Assembly (NCBI GenBank): GCA_964358055.1
Contig: CAYHNT010000001.1
Coordinates: forward strand, 3,308-67,307
DNA length: 64,000 nucleotides
Direction: 5' to 3'
From: an uncultured archaeon
Lineage (GTDB): Archaea; Iainarchaeota; Iainarchaeia; Iainarchaeales; VGJJ01
The notes under the pieces were generated by a model, which had not been told where the DNA came from, made no database searches, and saw only the letters and a list, made by a program, of their open reading frames with translations. Of the stretch, positions 30,301 through 38,522 are shown in pieces (the stretch's first letter is position 1; every line of letters begins with the position of its first letter). Made by a program: the position numbers and the translations under genes.

Positions 30301-31704
30301 GTGGCGAGTTCTCCTTCCGCACAAATTACAGTTAAGCTGACCAAGCTCGGAGATGCAAGTGGACTTTCAGGTTATTCTGAATTCCTCGAGCTTCCCTTGG
30401 ATGGCCTAATTGGTTTGGATGATTCCTCTCTGACATTCCATCGCAATGGGTACGGTACTGCTTTCACCGGACAAACCTTGGACTTAGTTCCCACTCCCGG
30501 CTTAACGTTACGAACGTATCCCAGTCAGCCCGGGCAAACGGCGTTGAACACGGTCAACGTGCCCGCGCTTCCTGCATTCAAAGAGTTGAACACGCAGAAT
30601 AGGGGTGAATTGGTGAGCTTCAACAAGAGCAGCGGAACGCTTTCCCTGCGTCCAAGTGTCCCCGCTCCCGTGTTAGGAAAATGGTCAAGCAATTCCTCAG
30701 GACAAGGACACCTATATTATGGGATTAGCGAAACTTCTTCTCAAGGCGGACAGAGCTACGTTTCTCATTCAACGGACACTGGAACACCCTTATCTAAATG
30801 GGTTCCCATTGCATCGGATTTAACCCAGAGCACATTCGGTTGCACCACCCCTAATTGTGATATTTGTTTGGATGCCGGAGGAAACGCCTTTGTTTCTTCG
30901 CTCAAGTTTGATTTAAACCCGGGAACAGGTGCATGCGGGTTACGTCCTCCTCTTACAAAAAATACGGCGTTTGGTTTTACGTCAACGGGTAGCGTGAGTA
31001 ATGAGTCGTATTTGAGTACGGTGTTCTATCGTGTCCCTGGAAATGATTATTCCATTATTTTAGGATGTAACGATTCGTCCTCCCAACAAATTGGAGCGAT
31101 TGCCACCCATTCAAGTGTGATTTCGAACGGTGGCGCATCCGTTGCGGGATTGGATTTAGGCTCGTCTTCGTTAGAGGATCAACTTGACAATGCGGTTTCG
31201 TTATACGGCATGCTTAATTTGATGGAAAGCAACTACACCTGTATCAACAACACGGCAGGCACGAGTCGCGTGTATTGGAATGCTCCGCGTTTGCGCGAGG
31301 ACTTGGCGAATGCAAAACCCTCATTTGGTCACATAGGAAATTCGTGTGTGGCAACTGGTAATCCATTAGGTGCAGCCGGAACGTTCACCTTGCTCTCCAA
31401 GAATGGAATCATTTCTCAGTCTCAAACCACGTTGGGGATGTGTCCGTTGTACAACAATAATAATGCCCAGAATGGGTATTATGCAAAACTTGGTGTGCCT
31501 TTTCCGGTTGGCACGCAGATTCGTTTCTTAGGATCAGGTGCCATTACGGATGACCCCTTGAATGGGGTGGTGCAGTATCGTTCGAATGCTACTAATTGTA
31601 CGCAGTTGACTTCATTGAATTGTCCGGGTCCAGGAACTCCGTTTGATTTTTGCTCCGCAAACACGGAAAGGTATTGGTCGGGCACTCCTGCAATTAACCC
31701 GTAA
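24400..31704 (+). CDS. Giant (2434 aa) N-terminally anchored surface protein with CarboxypepD_reg/Ig-like repeats and a vWA (MIDAS) domain
   Basis: N-terminal TM ILLALVVAILGFGLFSALAGV. Repeated G(T/K)Y.I.ASK.GY modules. DSSPS (DxSxS) at about nt 29015-29030 and MIVVTDNKPTG at about nt 29380. No C-terminal anchor. Confidence 0.75.
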   Translation: MKKNLLPSMSVLDSLKNVYFELEDKYYAFLDKLQTKLPVYSVVDPVDKILPSFGILLALVVAILGFGLFSALAGVGGGFETVVEFNDTQGNPLEGVQVSFERDGKLIETLFTKEDGSATTSVGAGTYFITASKEGYVELVEEVEINSAFTRIFTLSSATPETTQRALLIQDAQQGIVGMLSPVAISLAFSCQSGTPPSNQTVYNGNVSFLQPGDCTGLSVTISANGFLTKTQSILGDTTIVVLQSTAAFEPPPETEQPDAGSVEIIAVETGGAPLEQAQIKLYKIPSVGSNILADQGLSDPNGLSTFSNVTPGKHIVIVSKAGYKQTQSAEFQVNAGEKATLNVEVAKSSSKRKVFVKILSSANQIIVLGSSVSLFVQTAGGKYIEYESFTSDTNGIVSAPLADFNGNTQLVVTHGDFVTKILLNTGIVSEDAVSPIPILLDPLAAPGSNGSSSNAVVADVKVIDEVGLSVVNATVHLYTPDANGVLVGTLQTNTLGIARFTNLPAGTYQATASTSVGDGASPKIQGDLGKIIVLPVSLSLGNALVQVTVKDELGKVVTDANVFIYSFVENTLQSASKTNAQGLAQLGVITGQKVYVKVEKATYLPFSSVPFDVIKDNTHIIQLEVSLTSASQGVDVSLTSIYELSATQGPILAQALVPGNTYAFHFAVKTPVQQTGMKAVVRVNKDSPAAQGATDVGSIVGGSTAKGGVAFYTTYNSNDEFSPLIPADSGVPSKVALNTLGDVNGASSFEYIVNVKINPAALPNTDKLDVKFQSKGGTQVSPLYFESFTIGAPLPGQGDFSFVFFVSTQGGTKTQVSSSVPLVMFAQQDYVLDYVITNTSGSNFPSATMLLTTNTPASFTAAPNQVSLPGFNNSSSVSGSITIKSTQECSSSQTQCSTLTANLSGVGTGNSPTNYPLSIFTSPEKQLAMNITPSYLIPAQTQLVQVVVTDQLSNLAGTSKGVQVEGQLENSSGAPLGSSILFTESTNALFFASIPAASEVSQLRVTASAAGYVSDVVVLPVSNQILLNYSQDFSCVSLNPNPLSFNLGASGSLSVQTISCPEDIDLYTTGFSENSTVIQLAVKNGSNTITSSNPLSLNESESKTLSVQSPSYFGQYPLYVYAKYKSQSTYSLVKNVDVIVNPLAGSSTCLNLSKYAFDVKDGSDNATVVNNCNPGVHDAFLPRAVVNVNGVYGHAIPPVLTPEMQNPGSLVPFSYRVSMDYDNSTNLDVNHDDFPQFFTASNWNRYAITNPAKFFTLKSEFAGVTPVLINDDHYNGSDFILESPNDPQTPWAAPASVRSVLFETTFVTRNEVTLDELCFTSTNIDAILVRIDGVDVQTAHSPKCAIPNYLFSPGPHAIQIFMYAVEGQNYTLTVKYKDAPATTVGSNTGGYAPLSDGKNKGFFVSPLYGILYSNDTKKNGPLLHGPFSNGVIPSTNSVTPKYIDNVGGNIQSIIRNKAGGMEHLKQSYLHISSTNPSVRTFMHHTDAYAQYVGFDDATGQQDIVFENLGMEGEKYGLLTLTDYSLPTSASGKTLDVGILLDSSPSIILNENDETSSSSGTVYQEGLCKTLIDIKRGLEYYSNATINMQVALMHDVSDTYHASSNQAQNLPCLAQFPNITELFPGQFPGYTEGTHNLDEAWAWGAQKFASHAFWKNSTKLMIVVTDNKPTGLGNGKLTTDWQGSIEELHVNNAATELNNRGIRGVVLYKYPLESSSEANHPAGSDTKQDAVEMYELFAQQTNGFTEALDFSELINNNNPHSFDQAEYNKVAIRLLQHAFPTKQETIVVKLVSHPLDACIGENGEVGVTGSSALPKVSYNWQWGSTQQNMCDFKTNDPTNFRYCDATQFMITLTQKLFALEQAYAPGATPAQQAQIPSLTSFDVYVMRDALNDDFRNDFVEFFVNSSFTDAPAYFKSALGGAWKDYVNPAFNKLTFEIDGNPTNSIVSAGLYRAQIQVTWESDVGTFFVASSPSAQITVKLTKLGDASGLSGYSEFLELPLDGLIGLDDSSLTFHRNGYGTAFTGQTLDLVPTPGLTLRTYPSQPGQTALNTVNVPALPAFKELNTQNRGELVSFNKSSGTLSLRPSVPAPVLGKWSSNSSGQGHLYYGISETSSQGGQSYVSHSTDTGTPLSKWVPIASDLTQSTFGCTTPNCDICLDAGGNAFVSSLKFDLNPGTGACGLRPPLTKNTAFGFTSTGSVSNESYLSTVFYRVPGNDYSIILGCNDSSSQQIGAIATHSSVISNGGASVAGLDLGSSSLEDQLDNAVSLYGMLNLMESNYTCINNTAGTSRVYWNAPRLREDLANAKPSFGHIGNSCVATGNPLGAAGTFTLLSKNGIISQSQTTLGMCPLYNNNNAQNGYYAKLGVPFPVGTQIRFLGSGAITDDPLNGVVQYRSNATNCTQLTSLNCPGPGTPFDFCSANTERYWSGTPAINP

Positions 31705-31773
31705 GTAGAGCGTCACCTCGGCGGTCCCTCAGGGGCCCAACTTAAATATCACAAACCTCGTTTAACGTGTGGG

Positions 31774-32364
31774 TTGAGTATGGGTATTTTAGAAAAAGGA
31801 TTAGTTCACGTCTACACGGGCGATGGAAAAGGAAAAACCACTGCCTCCTTAGGATTAGCCATCCGTGGAGTAGGACATGGGATGAATGTATTCATGGTCC
31901 AGTTCATGAAAATAGGATACACGGGAGAGGCCATGGCCCTGAAAAAGTTTGGTTTGCCTATTACGTTTGAATCATTCAACGTGCAATGCAAGAACCAATC
32001 CGATCATGATGAGGAAATAACGAAAGGAACATTTGCGGGTTATTGTCGTGAATGTTTTGTTCCCAATGCGTATGACAATCCCATGGCCGTGAAAGCATTT
32101 AATGAGGGAAAGAAAGCCGTGGAGAGTGGGAAATATGATTTGGTTATTTTTGACGAGTTAAACGTGGCACTGAACATGAAAATTTTGCCAGTAGAGCCGG
32201 TTGTGAAAATGGTGGAAGACAAACCCGTGCACACGGAAATCGTATTCACGGGGAGAAATGCCCCGGAAGAATTATTGAAAGTGGCGGATTACATTACCAT
32301 TATGGGATTGAAGAAACATCCTTACATGAAGCAGATTTATGCGCGAAAGGGAATTGAGTTCTAG
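31774..32364 (+). CDS. cobA: Cob(I)alamin adenosyltransferase, CobA/BtuR (CobO) type
   Basis: VHVYTGDGKGKTTASLGLAIRGVGHGMNVFMVQFMK is the P-loop signature of this family. Confidence 0.8.
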   Translation: MSMGILEKGLVHVYTGDGKGKTTASLGLAIRGVGHGMNVFMVQFMKIGYTGEAMALKKFGLPITFESFNVQCKNQSDHDEEITKGTFAGYCRECFVPNAYDNPMAVKAFNEGKKAVESGKYDLVIFDELNVALNMKILPVEPVVKMVEDKPVHTEIVFTGRNAPEELLKVADYITIMGLKKHPYMKQIYARKGIEF

Positions 32365-32885
32365 CGTTTTCTTCTTTGACCTGCTTTTTTTACCCCTGCT
32401 GGAACTTCCTTTTCAATGTAATTACGCCAAGTGCCATGTTCAAAAAACTTAGCATTTTGCAAGGTCTTAATCACCCCTCTGAGTCCGCTTGTTCTCGCCC
32501 AATACCCGCTTTTCAAGGGTGTATCTTTTGTGCGTGCGATAACAAAACTTCGAAGGGACTCACGAGAATGTTGCAGGGGCAAAAAATAGTTACCAACCAT
32601 TCGATGCGGAACCACTCCGATTTCTACGCGCAGAAATTCATTCCAAGTGGGTTGTCCAAGAAAATGGGCTTCATGCGCTCGCTTGTAAAGCCGGTTGAGC
32701 AGGGGTTGTTTGATCCAATAGTTACTGCTCCCAGGATAGCCTGCATTAAAGGCCGCACGGATGCATTCAATCAATCGCTCGTTGTACCCTGGAGTGCCTT
32801 TTTTCCCCAATGCGCGATAAAGTTTTTCAAAATACTCCTTTTGTTCCGGCGATGCATACTTGCTTATTTTTTTATCCATATTCAA
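32361..32885 (-). CDS. Hypothetical basic protein
   Basis: 174 aa with a Lys/Arg-rich C-terminus. No confident motif; RAHEAH is only weakly suggestive of an Rx4H pattern. Confidence 0.35.
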   Translation of the reverse strand: MNMDKKISKYASPEQKEYFEKLYRALGKKGTPGYNERLIECIRAAFNAGYPGSSNYWIKQPLLNRLYKRAHEAHFLGQPTWNEFLRVEIGVVPHRMVGNYFLPLQHSRESLRSFVIARTKDTPLKSGYWARTSGLRGVIKTLQNAKFFEHGTWRNYIEKEVPAGVKKAGQRRKR

Positions 32886-32975
32886 GGAATTATTTTCCCG
32901 TTCTTATTTCTTTGGTGTCTCTCCCTGGTTTTCAATTTCAATTAAAAACCCTTTGAAGGAGTTTGTGGAGTATCT

Positions 32976-33617
32976 ATGACCATTTACGTGGATACGGCTA
33001 ATATTCTTGAAGCTGAAAGATGGCTTAAGCAGCCCTTTGTGAAGGGTATTACCACGAATCCACTGCTCCTGGCCCAAATTAAGACCAAGGATCGTTTTGA
33101 GCATTTGAAAAAGCTCAATATGCTGTTGAATAAGGAGCAAATCCTCATGGTGCAGGCGGTTGGTGAAACGCCCGATGAATTATTAGAAGATGCGCGCACC
33201 ATTCATGAGATTCTCCCTCAAGCCGTAATTAAGATTCCCGCGGACAAGAATGGTTTCTCTATTGCCCCTACATTAAACCACGATGAGATTGAACTTTGTT
33301 TTACGGCTATTTTTTCGGCCGCACAAGGAATCATTGCCGCGTTTGCGGGCGGACACTATGTCGCCCCGTATGTAGGTAGAATGCAGGACGTCAACATTGA
33401 TCCGTGGGGAGAAATTGAGGACATGATGGATGCATTTGACGCCCACGAATTAGACGCCCATGTGTTGGCGGCCTCTTTGAGATCTCCTGAAGATGTAGCT
33501 AAGGCCTTTGCATTGGGATGCCATGTCACCGCTAAACCCTCCGTGTTGGAACAATCCATTTCCCCTGAACATACGGATAAAATGGTCAAAGAGTTCAACA
33601 AGGCTCGATTATTATAA
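32976..33617 (+). CDS. tal: Transaldolase / fructose-6-phosphate aldolase (Tal/FSA family)
   Basis: MTIYVDTANILEAERW...GITTNPLL and AVIKIP (Schiff-base Lys) match the short Tal family. Confidence 0.85.
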   Translation: MTIYVDTANILEAERWLKQPFVKGITTNPLLLAQIKTKDRFEHLKKLNMLLNKEQILMVQAVGETPDELLEDARTIHEILPQAVIKIPADKNGFSIAPTLNHDEIELCFTAIFSAAQGIIAAFAGGHYVAPYVGRMQDVNIDPWGEIEDMMDAFDAHELDAHVLAASLRSPEDVAKAFALGCHVTAKPSVLEQSISPEHTDKMVKEFNKARLL

Positions 33618-33647
33618 GTGTAAATTAAATACTCTGCTTTTTTTCTT

Positions 33648-34172
33648 TTGTTCATGCGTGAAGTGGAAATCAAGATTTTGGAAGTCAACGTTTCCTCTCT
33701 TGTTGCAAAGCTGAAAAAATTGGGGGCGAAAAAAGTATTTGAGGGGGAGATGATTGGGTACGCCTATGATTTTCCGGATGGGCGATTGAAAAAGAATGGT
33801 TCGTTTCTGCGTTTGCGTTCAAAAGGGGATCATTTTGAGTTGACGTTCAAAAAAAGCATTCAAAGCAAGAAAGCGAAGATTGCCGAAGAGTATCAGGTCT
33901 CATTGAAGGAAGGCAAAGCGGCCCAAAAAATAGTGCAGTCATTGGGCTTGAAGCAAATTCGAAAGGGGACTAAAAAAAGAATATCGTATTCATTAGGGAA
34001 AATCAATTTCGATATTGACAAATACGATGAAATTCCCGCCCTTTTGGAAATTGAAGCGCCTGATGTAAAGACCCTCCATCATTGGGTGAAAAAAATTGGT
34101 TTTTCCCTCACGGACATGAAGCTGTGGAATGGGAAGCAAGTATTCAAGTATTATGGGAAAAAGCAGGATTGA
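33648..34172 (+). CDS. CYTH-domain protein (triphosphate tunnel metalloenzyme)
   Basis: N-terminal EVEIK (ExExK) motif. Size of 174 aa and the Lys/Arg/Glu pattern match CYTH. Confidence 0.7.
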   Translation: MFMREVEIKILEVNVSSLVAKLKKLGAKKVFEGEMIGYAYDFPDGRLKKNGSFLRLRSKGDHFELTFKKSIQSKKAKIAEEYQVSLKEGKAAQKIVQSLGLKQIRKGTKKRISYSLGKINFDIDKYDEIPALLEIEAPDVKTLHHWVKKIGFSLTDMKLWNGKQVFKYYGKKQD

Positions 34173-34217
34173 GTCTCCTTGTTCCTCATTTTTAATCCTT
34201 CTTTCAAGGTTTAACAT

Positions 34218-35411
34218 ATGTTGATTGGATTTGTAGGAAAGCCCTCATCAGGGAAAAGCACCATCTTCGCCGCCGCTACTCTGATTGACGTGGCGCGTGC
34301 ATCGTATCCCTTTACCACCATCGAACCCAATCGTGGAATGGGATTTGTACGCGTGGAGTGTGTGGATAAGGAATTCAATGTGCAGTGTAACCCCCGTTCA
34401 GGTTTTTGTGTAAACCACACGCGCTTTGTTCCGGTTGAACTGTTGGACGTCGCAGGATTAGTCCCCGGTGCCCATGAAGGAAAGGGATTGGGGAACAAGT
34501 TTTTGGACGATTTGAGACAGGCGGATGTACTCATTCACGTGGTGGATGCAAGTGGGAGTACGAATGAAAAGGGAGAAGCAGTGGAGAGCGGTTCCCATGA
34601 CCCTAGCAAAGACGTGAAGTTTTTGGAAGAGGAACTAGAATTATGGATGTTAGGAATATTGGAAAATAATTGGGCCAAGTTTGCTAGGCAACCCTTGAGT
34701 AGCAAACAGCAAATTATTGATGCGGTTTCCAAAGGACTTTCGGGGTTGGGAATTAATGATATGCAGGTGGATGCTGGGCTTACCAAATCTAAGCTCATGG
34801 AGAAGCGCTTGAACGATTGGACCGTGGAAGACAAGCGTGCGTTTGTTCATCAGTTGCGTTTGATTTCAAAGCCCATGGTGATTGCAGCCAACAAATACGA
34901 CTTGCCTCATTCCAAAGAAAATGTGGAGCGAATGAAAAAGGAATTTCCTCATTTGAAAATTTATCCCTGTTCAGGCGAAGCAGAATTGACGCTAAAGAAG
35001 GCCGCCAAGGCGGGGGTAATTGATTACGTTCAAGGAAACAGTTCATTTGAAATGAAGAAAGAACTAAACGATGCACAAAAAGCCGGACTGCATTACATTC
35101 AGGAAAATGTCCTGAAGAAATTGGGTTCTACCGGCGTACAAGAGGCATTGGATAAGACCGTGTTTGAGGCCCTGGGATACATGGCTATTTTCCCGGGTGG
35201 AACAAAGGGTCTTGCCGATGCGAAGGGAAATATAATTCCTGATTGCTTCCTCATGCCCCGTAATTCAACCTCTCTTGATTTTGCTTTTCGTTTGCACACG
35301 GACTTTGGAAAGAACTTCATTAAGGCCATTGATGTGAAAACGCGCATGCTATTAGGAAAGGACCACTTGCTCAAGAATAGGGACGTGATTGAGATTGTCT
35401 CCAACAAATAG
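34218..35411 (+). CDS. OBG-HflX-like GTPase with C-terminal TGS domain (Drg/COG1163-like)
   Basis: P-loop GFVGKPSSGKST, G3 DVAGLV, NKYD G4. C-terminal DFAFRLHTDFGKNFIKA...DVIEI is TGS-like. Confidence 0.75.
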   Translation: MLIGFVGKPSSGKSTIFAAATLIDVARASYPFTTIEPNRGMGFVRVECVDKEFNVQCNPRSGFCVNHTRFVPVELLDVAGLVPGAHEGKGLGNKFLDDLRQADVLIHVVDASGSTNEKGEAVESGSHDPSKDVKFLEEELELWMLGILENNWAKFARQPLSSKQQIIDAVSKGLSGLGINDMQVDAGLTKSKLMEKRLNDWTVEDKRAFVHQLRLISKPMVIAANKYDLPHSKENVERMKKEFPHLKIYPCSGEAELTLKKAAKAGVIDYVQGNSSFEMKKELNDAQKAGLHYIQENVLKKLGSTGVQEALDKTVFEALGYMAIFPGGTKGLADAKGNIIPDCFLMPRNSTSLDFAFRLHTDFGKNFIKAIDVKTRMLLGKDHLLKNRDVIEIVSNK

Positions 35412-35432
35412 GCATTTATTTTAGTCCTGTTT

Positions 35433-35879
35433 TTGTTTGGAATGAAAACGATAATGGTAGTAGTAGGATTTTTAGTTGTCCTTTCCTCCGGCTGCCTTTA
35501 TTCATCCACTTCCCTCCCCCCTCAAGCGTGTTTTGGTGAGGATTGTTTTTTCATTGAAATTGCCGACACGTCTGAGGAACGTGCTTTAGGATTGATGGGA
35601 CGTGAATCCCTTTCAGCCAATCAGGGAATGCTGTTCGTTTTTGAGAGTGAGTCCATTCATGGTTTTTGGATGAAAAACACGTTGATTTCATTGGATGCGA
35701 TTTGGATCAATGCGCAAAATCAAGTGGTGGATGTGAAAACCATGGTTCCGTGTGAGAAAGACCCTTGTCACGTGTACAATCCAAACGGTAGTTCATTGTT
35801 TGTGTTGGAGATAAACGCTGGGCTTGCAAATGAGTATACTATTCAGCCCGGCGACGTGGTTCACATTTCGGGCGTATGA
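35433..35879 (+). CDS. DUF192 (COG1430) family protein with an N-terminal membrane anchor
   Basis: ALGLMGRESL..GMLFVFESE...FWMKNTLISLDAIW matches DUF192. Confidence 0.7.
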   Translation: MFGMKTIMVVVGFLVVLSSGCLYSSTSLPPQACFGEDCFFIEIADTSEERALGLMGRESLSANQGMLFVFESESIHGFWMKNTLISLDAIWINAQNQVVDVKTMVPCEKDPCHVYNPNGSSLFVLEINAGLANEYTIQPGDVVHISGV

Positions 35880-36484
35880 TGCGTAAGCACATGCGTGCTT
35901 TCGTCTGGGGGTGCTAAGCTTTGCGTGAGTTCCACAAAGTTGTCCACGGCCTGATCCAAGAAGCTTTGTTTGAAAGTAACTAATATTTTCTGTGCCTCAT
36001 GAGGACTACTCAGCGTGAAGAAGCTCTTTCTTCCTGCGCGCTCTTTTTTCAACACGCCTGCTTCAACGAGTTTATCCAAGTGCCAGCTTGTGGTAGAGGG
36101 AGAAAGGTTGATTTCTTGGGCAATCCGTTCGTTATTCGCACGTTTTTCATTCAGTAAAAATAAAATGATTTTTCTCGTTGATTCGTGGCGTAAAAAGGCC
36201 ATCGTATTTTGCCCCGAAGAAAACTGCTCCCCTTCCCCCACTTGGGGTCCGCGCACGGAATAATAGCGTACAAACTTTCCTTCTTTCTGGGTGCGGATAA
36301 TGTGGTGTTTTTGCAAGTAATCTAAATGGTATTGTAGACTTCCCACGGCCAAACTCGTGCGTCGTTGGATCTCCCTGAAGTGTAATCCGGGCGACTGTTC
36401 AATTTCGGAGTATATTTTTTTCCTTACTCCTAATTGGAGTGCCTTTTCAAATCCTGCGTCATCAGCCATGAGGAATACACTCAC
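35861..36484 (-). CDS. Transcriptional regulator with two winged-helix (ArsR/TrmB-like) domains
   Basis: Two ~90-aa repeats, each with an HTH-like segment (REIQRRTSLAVGSLQYHLDYLQKHHII; NERIAQEINLSPSTTSWHLDKLVEAGVL). Confidence 0.6.
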   Translation of the reverse strand: MSVFLMADDAGFEKALQLGVRKKIYSEIEQSPGLHFREIQRRTSLAVGSLQYHLDYLQKHHIIRTQKEGKFVRYYSVRGPQVGEGEQFSSGQNTMAFLRHESTRKIILFLLNEKRANNERIAQEINLSPSTTSWHLDKLVEAGVLKKERAGRKSFFTLSSPHEAQKILVTFKQSFLDQAVDNFVELTQSLAPPDESTHVLTHHTPEM

Positions 36485-36487
36485 GTG

Positions 36488-36889
36488 TTATTTTTCTCTC
36501 CGTGGAGAAAAGATGGCGAATGCAATCATGGCGAGGCTGGCGAGCTCGAGTACGTTTTCCGCGTGATCGGGGAAAAATTGTCCCGTGCTCACGAACAAAT
36601 CCATGACTTTGAGCAACCATTTGAATGCAATAAAACCAAATGCAATGGCAATCCACTTGACGCGAGAAGAGGGGTTTCGTTTCCAGGCGAGGAACCCTAT
36701 CACAAAAATGGCAACCGAGAATACAAACACGATGATACGTGTGGCGTAGTCGAACTGCTGCGCCTCATTCGTGAGAATACGTAATGGGTTGGTAAAGAAT
36801 CCTATTGCCTCGTTGGCGTGAACCATTGGAATCAAAAGTAGTACAATCCATAGAAGGATGAATTTTTTAGTCATATTTCCACCTCTCAC
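36488..36889 (-). CDS. Small polytopic membrane protein (hypothetical)
   Basis: 133 aa with 4 hydrophobic segments. Confidence 0.45.
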   Translation of the reverse strand: MRGGNMTKKFILLWIVLLLIPMVHANEAIGFFTNPLRILTNEAQQFDYATRIIVFVFSVAIFVIGFLAWKRNPSSRVKWIAIAFGFIAFKWLLKVMDLFVSTGQFFPDHAENVLELASLAMIAFAIFSPRREK

Positions 36890-36923
36890 GACTCAATGGT
36901 AAAACTGGCCTTAAAAAAAGGAT

Positions 36924-36950
36924 GGGAAAGGCCATTCGTGGCCCTTTCCC
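36924..36950. other. Stable hairpin with TTCG tetraloop (11-bp stem, one bulge)
   Basis: GGGAAAGGCCA-TTCG-TGGCCCTTTCCC lies in the divergent intergenic region upstream of the pilin-like genes. Confidence 0.45.
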
Positions 36951-37096
36951 TATGTTCTTGCTTGTGAGGAGAGTTATTTTCTACTAGAATTTGTTATTTT
37001 CTTTTAATAGGAGTTTTGGTATGCCCCTCGATGAATGGTACATCCTTCCACGCGTGAGGGGGATTAAAAAAGGAAAAAGAAATCTCCTGGCATAGG

Positions 37097-38458
37097 ATGT
37101 ACGGACTTAGACGGGCGCAGAGCTCATTGGAATACTTGCTTCTCATTGGGGGGGTCGTGCTGATTGCGGCCGTGGTGATGCTGGTTATTTTTACAAATGT
37201 GATTCCTGCGGGAGAAGGGATTTTACAAAATAACTTAGTTCAATCCGGAAATGAAATTACGGCATCCGGATACAAATGTGGAAACGGTTCGTTGGACGCC
37301 GGAGAGGCCTGCGATCCTGTTGGTTTTGCGTGTGTGAATGGAAATGCGTGTCAGAATAATTGTTCATGCGGTAGTCCTCCTTCTGCGTACGGGGGTCCCA
37401 TTTCATTGGATTGGGGAACTATTGCGCATACGGATTATGCGGAACTGGTTAGCACTGCACAAAAAAGTGTGAGTGGTTTCAAAATTAAAAACGATGGAAC
37501 TTCTCCTATTGTGATTGAAAAAATATCCGTGTTTTATTCGTTCGCCAGTCCGCACCCCGCACTGTACCTTCCCCTTCCTTCTTCTCTTTCTACTCTTTCG
37601 TTTCGCGACTCCTTTTCAGCGAATGTGCTGACGCTCAACAACGTTGCATCGGGATCAATCATCACGCTCATGAATCCCATTACGCTTGGCGCGGGAGAAG
37701 AGTGGACCGGTTCACTTGTTTTTAATCAACCCATTTTCCCTATTTATCAAGTGGATGCAGGAGGGGGCGTTTTTCATTATTTTCCCGCTGCGGGGTCCCA
37801 CTTCATGCAGGTGCAATTCACGGATGATGCGGGAGCCCTTCATCGTCCACCTTCATTGAATGATTTTTTGTCCTATGAGAAAGGAGATGGTTTAGGTGGA
37901 TTGGACCCCTACATTAACGTCTGCAATGCCGGAGCGAGTATTCCCTCCGGAGACGTGTTTGGGGTTGCCACTGACTTGTGTGACGGGGAACCCTGCGCGT
38001 ACACGAAGGACTTCGGATACTCCACCGTGTTTCAATTCCCCTTTCCTCTTCCCGTTTCATTTGATACTATTCATTCCCAGTTTTTTGCCACGCAGGATAA
38101 CGCCATTGTGGTGGGGGCAGGGCAGTATGGTGATGCCGACCCCTATTCGTTTGTGAAAGGAGGCGTTAGTTGTGACCCGATCATCTTTGATGATGTCGAG
38201 GAAACGGGAAACACTCCTGGAATCACTGCCTCTCCCGTGGATGCCGATGGGGTCTTTCCTGAAGTCAAGTATTTTGATGTAGATGGGCTCATTTCCCCTG
38301 GAGAAGACCGTGTATTCTTTTCCCTGGTGGGGGCCGACTCTCCTTCGTATGGGATGGATAGTCAAGGCTGGAGATGGTGGCGTTCGGGACACTATTTGGG
38401 GCCAGTGGATGGGTATCCGTTTCCTTTCTTTCTATTTCGATATAGCGTTCCTGGGTGA
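37097..38458 (+). CDS. Archaeal type IV pilin-like protein (class III signal peptide) with one Cys-rich repeat
   Basis: MYGLRRA|QSSLEYLLLIGGVVLIAAVVMLVIF is a prepilin-type signal. CGNGSLDAGEACD is a Myxococcus-type Cys-rich repeat. Confidence 0.65.
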   Translation: MYGLRRAQSSLEYLLLIGGVVLIAAVVMLVIFTNVIPAGEGILQNNLVQSGNEITASGYKCGNGSLDAGEACDPVGFACVNGNACQNNCSCGSPPSAYGGPISLDWGTIAHTDYAELVSTAQKSVSGFKIKNDGTSPIVIEKISVFYSFASPHPALYLPLPSSLSTLSFRDSFSANVLTLNNVASGSIITLMNPITLGAGEEWTGSLVFNQPIFPIYQVDAGGGVFHYFPAAGSHFMQVQFTDDAGALHRPPSLNDFLSYEKGDGLGGLDPYINVCNAGASIPSGDVFGVATDLCDGEPCAYTKDFGYSTVFQFPFPLPVSFDTIHSQFFATQDNAIVVGAGQYGDADPYSFVKGGVSCDPIIFDDVEETGNTPGITASPVDADGVFPEVKYFDVDGLISPGEDRVFFSLVGADSPSYGMDSQGWRWWRSGHYLGPVDGYPFPFFLFRYSVPG

Positions 38459-38522
38459 CGTGACTCTATATTTATAAAGCAAGGAAGGATGGTCAACATG
38501 GATTAAGGGGAATTGGGAAAGC

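Noticed and set aside
24498-31685. Dozens of 60-130-aa ORFs on the minus strand and in alternative frames inside the giant surface-protein gene
   Set aside because: All are nested in the 7.3-kb ORF and are expected by chance in a long gene of moderate GC.
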